Part shown: piece after piece, positions 56,941 to 64,000 of the stretch | Layout: each line of letters begins with the position of its first letter | How positions within the stretch are numbered: position 1 is the first letter of the stretch | Assembly: GCA_951406725.2 (NCBI GenBank) | Contig: OX597815.1 | Span: 21,762,001-21,826,000 of the forward strand | Direction: 5' to 3' | Source of the DNA: Octopus vulgaris | Taxonomy: Eukaryota | Length of the DNA stretch: 64,000 nt | Program-made: the position numbers and the translations under genes | Notes under the pieces: model-generated | What the model saw: only the letters and a program-made list of their open reading frames with translations | Told to the model about the DNA's origin: nothing | Database searches by the model: none

Positions 56941-57417
56941 GAAGATGGTGATGATAATGAAGACAGTGATTTTGGTAACATTACGCATGTTGATAATGGC
57001 GACGACAGTGAAAATGTTGTTGTTGTTGGTGGTGCTGACACTGGTAGTGACGGAGTTGTTTGTGAAGGAGGTCATGAGGATGGTATTGATAGAAATAGCG
57101 TTGGTGGGCGTGTTGCAAAAGATAATCTAAGACCCAAGAACCAAGAACCTTTTCTAAGGTTAGGAACAAAATTAATGACTTCGTTCTTTTACTACACTTG
57201 CGGGAATGGACGCAAACACTTCACAAGCCACACACTCCTCGACATGCACGCACTTATAAGGTAAACATTTCTCTCACCCTATCTCCTATCTCTCCCTCCT
57301 TTCTCTCAGAAAGTGCACGTGTTTGTATGTGAGTGTTTATATATATATATGTGTGTGTGTATGTATATATCTATCTATATCTATATCTATATATATATAT
57401 AAATATATATATGTATA

Positions 57418-57536
<119 letters not shown>

Positions 57537-57900
57537 TGTGTGTGTGTGAATGTATACATATGTGCGTTCGCTCTCACGCATATAAAATATTTACATAGAA
57601 ATATATAGGTAAAAGCAGAGACATTGTGTATTAGAGTAAGTGTGAAAAAGCGAAAGTCTGATGCGAACATATATTCAGGATGCAACCATACAAGCGTCGA
57701 ACTTAAACATTTCCCGAAGTTATGTGTAGGATTTTACGTGTCAAGTCTCATAACATACTTGAGAAACATTTACATCATTTAAAACATCGGATATGTATGG
57801 AAGGAACATATCATGATGGTATCAAAATCACACATCAGAAACGTTAAGTTAATGGAAATTTTCAGAAAGTGGTACGTGGTACTCAATAAGGTTTCTAAAG

Positions 57901-57952
<52 letters not shown>

Positions 57953-58280
57953 GACATGTATGTGTGTGCTTAAATGTATCGATGTGTGTTTATGCATATA
58001 TATATGCATAAACACACATCGATACATGTATATATATATATATATCTATCTATATATATATGTATATATAGATAGATAGATATATACATACATATATATG
58101 CATACACACATATATATACATAAATATGTATATATATAGACACATATACATATATATATTTATATACATACATACAGACACATATATACATACATATATA
58201 TATGCATACACACACACTTATATATAATATATATATATAGACATATATACATATATATATTTATATACATACATACATAT

Positions 58281-58333
<53 letters not shown>

Positions 58334-58658
58334 CAGATATATATATATATATATATATATGTAACATTAATTGATCCCAAAGTTTCGGTGTAGACATGTC
58401 ATATGTAATTGGTGAGCATGTTCTCAACAAGAGTATGTTATTAAAAAATTGTTGATATGTGATAAATGATAAATATACACTTACACATGCACACACACAC
58501 GCACGCACACACACACACACACACACAGAGTTATATACACTTAAAATGGTGGTGTGTATGTGTGTGTATATAGTTGAAATTTACAGAAAAACAAAAGACG
58601 AAGACAGGTGTATGAACAATAAACAGGTGTATTATTTTGACGTTCGGGGAAATGGAAA

Positions 58659-59765
58659 TTCGGGCTAGTATACGTGCAATGGGCCGTGAAGGTATCAATG
58701 TTGGTTGATGGGCTCGTCCGGTAGACACCCAACGTGGCATCAATGCTACGATTGTGCCTTTGGTAGATGATTTCGGACAGGAGATCCAAGGAGAGGAGGT
58801 GATATGCAAGGCCTTTCACAAGCACTTTGCCGCGGTGTTCGGGAGGGACCATGGGGATGCCTTACGGCGTTTTCTCGAGTGAACAATGCTGACAGCAGGG
58901 TTACCACAGCGGATTTTCATATCGGGTTTGTAGAGCTTAAGTCCGACGATGTCCAGGGGGAGACTCTAGGCTTCGATAAGAGGCAGCTAACCGACCTGTT
59001 CGGGAGGACTTTCGGGTCGAGATTTCTGGATAACTACCAGAAATCTTTGACCTGGTTGTGCTACCGATCGGCTTTACCGGTTCGAGAAAAATTGTCAAGG
59101 CATGGTTTTGACACTTCCCCCACGTGTCCGAGGTACGGGCGTGCCAGTGAAACGGTTACGCACGCATTCGTATACTGTGGGGAGTTGAGGGAGTTGATGG
59201 CCTTTGCCGAACAGCTGATGTCGGATGCAGAAAGAGTACTTCTCTCGTCCGAGTCCATGATAAATATTGTATCACCTTCCTATTTCACCAAAGAAAATAG
59301 GTAGTATTTCTCTGCGTAGTAACCATACTGAAAGATGTGGTATGGAAGACGCGAGTGAAAGGGATTGCAACAGACCAATTCATATCCGGACGTGGGCTGG
59401 TGAATTACTTCGCTGCCCATCTTTCCAACAAGATCCGTCTGGAGAGGAGGAGCCTACAGCAAAGAGTATTCGGAAAAAGATGGCGGAAGTAGTAAGAAAG
59501 TTGAGAATGCAAGGAGCCGTGTTTGCACGGTCGGTTCAGGCATAAAAGGATGAAAATAATTACCAAAAAAAAAGCAACCGGTAGGTTAGCTCACTAACCC
59601 GGAAAAAAATTCAGTTATATAATTATCATTTATAATTTTAATTTTCATATCATCCGTTAAACCTATTCGCTTTAATTTTGTGTAGCGAGTGCGTCTGACC
59701 CCCATATGTCCCTTGTCTGTCCTTGCTTGTCCCCTCTAGGTATCCTTTTTATAGGAAATAAAGAA
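58659..59765 (+). mobile_element. 5'-truncated L1/Tx1 LINE (ORF2 C-terminus plus 3' UTR)
   Basis: WLCYRSALPVREKLSRHG..SPTCPR(Y)...ETVTHAFVYC zf-RVT motif; nested inside a 9001-family mini-element. Confidence 0.85.
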
Positions 59766-59954
59766 AAGCTTTAACGTTTGGAGTCTACGCTCTTCAACAG
59801 AAAGGAATACGAGAAAATAAACAGAGAGAGAATAAAAAAAACTTGTGAATTTAGCGGTCAAGCATGGCGACTATACACATGTATACTTATATGTGTACAC
59901 ACACACACATATACGCACACACGGACACACACACACACAGCACGATTTCAAATG

Positions 59955-60109
59955 TATTTCTTTACTACCCACATGGGGTTAAACACAGAGGGGACAAACA
60001 AGGACAGACAAACGGATTAAGTCGATTACATCGACCCCAGTGCGTAACTGGTACTTAATTTATCGACCCCGAAAGGATGAAAGGCAAAGTCGACCTCGGC
60101 GGAATTTGA
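59955..60109 (-). mobile_element. SINE family A, 5'-truncated
   Basis: TSD AGCACGATTTCAAATG on both sides. Confidence 0.9.
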
Positions 60110-60537
60110 AGCACGATTTCAAATGATGCGCTATCTCCTCATTATTCATAATATTGATACTTACCGGATATTTTGATTTATATCGCGAAGGCTCCCTTTA
60201 TATACACACACATATATAATCCTATATGTGCGTATGATTGTGTATGTGTGTATGTGTGGATATGTGAGTGACTCTGTGTGTGTGTGTGTGTGTGTGTGTA
60301 GGCACGTGGCTTAGTGGTTAGGACGTTGTATTCATGATCGTAAGAGTATGGTTTTAGTTCCTGGACCGGGCGATGTGTTATATTTTTGAGCAAAACACTT
60401 AATTTCACCTTATTCGAGATCAATTGGCAAAAATGAGTAACCGGGAAACAGACTGCTGTCCCGTCCAGGGAGGGAACATATACTCTGCAGATCCCTGGAA
60501 ACTGGCCTTATGAGCCTATGGGTTGGAACGGACCTGT

Positions 60538-60576
<39 letters not shown>

Positions 60577-60954
60577 TTCATGTTACGCTAAGAAGTAGTG
60601 CACGGTACCAAAATTATATAACATCTACTCCTAATCGTTGTTAGAGTATTTACACAAGTGGAGTCTGGTCTGGACCGGGTACTTTGTACTACCATCGGGT
60701 TATGTAGATGTAATACTCCTTTCTACAATAGGCACAATGCCTGAAATTTTGTGGGTGGTGGTGGTGGCTAGTCGATTACATCGATCTTAGTGCTCGACTG
60801 GTACTCATTTTATCGATCTCTAAAAGATGAGAAGCAAAGTTGACCTCAGTGGAATTTGAACTCAGAGCGTAACGACGGACGAAATGCCGCTAAGCCCTAT
60901 GCCTGGCACGCTAACGATTCAGCCATCTCTCCGCCTTGATGTAAGTTGTAATTA

Positions 60955-61129
60955 TAAAGTCAAACCAAATAATGATATTTCGAAATCATTTAATACCTGC
61001 ATTTCAAGTCTACGTAATATATTAATAGGAAATGCATCCGTTACGTAAGCCCTTCCTCAGTTAAAACATTTGAAACCTGAAACACGCGTATTAAATGATT
61101 TCAGAATATCACTGTTTGGTTTGACTTTA
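60955..61129 (-). mobile_element. Small fold-back PLE-like fragment containing an HHR with extended stem II
   Basis: Arms 60955-61006 / 61078-61129. Minus: TTTAA-CTGAGGA-AGGGCTTACGTAA...TTACGTAGACTT-GAAA-TGCAG-GTA-TTAAA; right arm on plus reads GAAACACGCGTA. Confidence 0.65.
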
Positions 61130-61942
61130 ATTTTACCACGCACCCATACATATATGCATAAATAAGAAATCTACTCTCTATGACAATCTCAGAGTAGAAA
61201 GGCATGTTACATTGTATCGAATTTCTCAACGATATCCGTGAATAAAGTCTACCGCCTTAGTATTAGTTTTCAGCCACTGTCACTAATAACCATACAACGA
61301 TAATATATACATTCGATGTCGAGGTCAGTAAAGGGCAAGTTTTAGGTTAATCTCAACTCTACTTCATCAATAACGGATGTCCTTTATTATTTATAATATT
61401 TTATTAAAAAATTACCTCAAGTGAATAGATAAGAATATGTACGTAAATATTTTATTCGCATGCATATCCGGTCATGCGTGGATGTATGAATTCATGACTG
61501 CATAGTATGTCACATAAGGTTAGAGATGGGAAGATAGTGATAACTAAATGTGTATATTAACAATTAAATGCATCCACTGCAATGGTCACGCACTAATGTT
61601 GTGTATTAAGGCTTAACATATGCATATATACAGGAGTATGTCTCTGCATTTGCGAAGTCTCATAAATGTTTTATTTTCTATCTGTTTTATAGTAACATAT
61701 GCAGTCATAAGTGTGTATATGTATATATGTGTGTGCATGTGTGCATGTGTATATGTGTGTGTGTGTGCACGTGTGTGTGTCTATCTTGCACATATGTGTT
61801 TGCAGCTGCATCTGTGAGTAGTGCAGATGAATGTTTATAGCTGCTAAGCGAGCCGGGAGTGTGTCGACTAAAGTGTAGAAAAATTGTATTTTCTTGCTAG
61901 TCAAGTCATTTAAACCTCTCTGGTCTTTTAAACCCTCTCCCA

Positions 61943-61997
<55 letters not shown>

Positions 61998-63152
61998 ATG
62001 AAATTATTGTATACAGTGCTCAGGTGCACCACAACTGGTCCAGATAGAAATGTAGTTTTGTATTTGCGTGTATGCGTGCGCGTGTATATGTGTTTGTTTG
62101 TGTTTGTGTGTGTGTGTGAGAGTTTGTGTGTGTGCGTGAGTGTCTGTATTTGTGTGTGCGTGTGTGTGTTCATAGGCAGCTGTGTTTATAGGCAACTATA
62201 TAATTACACCTATGACATAGTGAAACAGATATTCCAAGAACAATTAACTTACATCATATTCATGTTATAAGCAAGATGAAGGTCGTATTTCTTCATCCGT
62301 CTTGTCGTTATTTTGCCCTTTAAACTTGCGTAGAACTAATGTGTGAAATTGCAGCTGAGTTTAACGACGATGACCTTGTTGATGAACTCGATTCATTCCT
62401 AGCACCAATTCATAAAGACAGCTACTTCTCTGAACGTAATCTGAATAATTTTTGTCCTTCACGATTGAGTAGAGTGAAATTGTCCATCGCTTCCCTGCTA
62501 TTACTATCCTCATTAGAAAAACTGGCTCCTTTGAATAAACCTAGTTGAATAAACCTAGTTGGAGATATATGGTTGCGCAATGCAGTTTCTTAGATCTCAC
62601 TACAGAACTACATCTCCAAATACAACAAAACCTATTCAAGCAAGGAAAAAATATCGTTGGTTATGTCGTCAATCACTTTATGTTGGGAAAGCCTAATAAA
62701 ATAGAGGTTAGTAGCTCCCAATATGAATGTAACATTAACCTCAGCATCAAAACTATTTGCCTCTCCCATAGAAAGGGAAATAGTTTTGATTGTGCGGTTA
62801 ATGTTATATAATACACATATGAATTATATATAATACATACAAAACACCATCCACAGACGCGTAAAAGTTAGAATCGATCAACATTATAGCTACCCACTAC
62901 ACACACACACACACACACATACACACACACACACACACTTATAGACAGACACACAACATGACACATATACCACGGCACTTAAAAGGTGTTACATCCACTA
63001 CTGAAGTAGCTTATGGTTTTGAAAAGTTGATTTAATATAAGACTCTTGGGAGAAAACAAATCCGTCAAGTCTATCGTAACCTTACTATTTTTATTAAAAT
63101 ATATGTAGAAAAGGTTGGTGTAATAAACCCAAATAATCTGTAAGAGAACGAA

Positions 63153-63222
63153 CCATATAAGGTGCTTGTGCCATATAAGGTGCTTGTACCATATAAGGTG
63201 CTTGTACCATATAAGGTGCTTG
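63153..63222. repeat. 18-bp tandem repeat x4, each unit containing the CArG box CCATATAAGG
   Basis: Units at 63153, 63171, 63189, 63207. Confidence 0.9.
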
Positions 63223-63385
63223 GATAGACCTCACTCACTTTTAACAGAATCTTATATAGCACAGTGTAGAAATTTGGGAATGCTCCACATAAGAATACAG
63301 TCCTGCTCTTCGGTTAAATGACCCATCAACAGAGAAAGGAAATAAAAAGACATCGAATCAGAGTGAGAGGAAGAGAGAGTGATGC

Positions 63386-63425
<40 letters not shown>

Positions 63426-63880
63426 AGAGAAAGAAAGATAGTAATAGACAAATATAAAGAAAAGAAAATGACCAAAAGATAGTATACAGATAGAGCTGGA
63501 CCAAAGGATAAATTCAAGATCTCTAGATCATAATATATAAAAACTATTCAACAATTGATTTACCAGCGACAGTGAAGTAACGTAGTATCTCTAAACAGGG
63601 CCAAAATATACAACGAAAAATTTGACACTAAATATTATATCATGTTAGTATAAAACACTAATGAAGTTCGAATAAACATAACAGAATGCTCTTAGTAACC
63701 ACTATAGAAAATACTTCTTCTATAGTAGCCATTATAGAAGACACTTAGTAGTGCTCAGAAGATTCAAATTTAGAGACCGATGTCATTACAGGGGATCATT
63801 CTACAAGGTAAAGCAAGGCTATAAGAGGGATCAAGCTGACCGGATTGCCTCTATTGCCTCTATTGCCTCTATTACCACAT

Positions 63881-63948
<68 letters not shown>

Positions 63949-64000
63949 TATCTCTCTCTCTCTATCTATTTTTATATGTCACTGCAAGTGGATAAATGCA

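Overview
AT-rich eukaryotic non-coding DNA, very dense in microsatellites and transposon debris. The SINE set and SSR density suggest an octopus (coleoid cephalopod) genome; this is an inference, not a database result. I find no intact protein-coding gene, and almost all listed ORFs are translated simple repeats. Recognisable components are four or five tRNA-derived SINE or short-repeat families, truncated LINEs (Tx1/L1, R4/Dong-type RLE, RTE, CR1), two copies of a TA-target MITE and a hAT MITE. The most distinctive signal is a set of about ten hammerhead-ribozyme (HHR) motifs in short non-coding elements resembling Penelope-like element (PLE) pLTRs. They take two forms. One is fold-back insertions with inverted arms (9.2, 13.5-14.2, 40.9-41.7, 50.5-50.9 and 61.0 kb), including a 302-bp-arm palindrome whose only mismatch lies in the ribozyme core. 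The other is 125-230 bp mini-elements in (TA)n tracts with variant HHR cores. Other points of note are a SINE whose 3' tail matches local Tx1 LINE 3' ends, a templated inverted insertion of an HHR, a diverged ~520-bp inverted duplication and a 4x CArG-box minisatellite.
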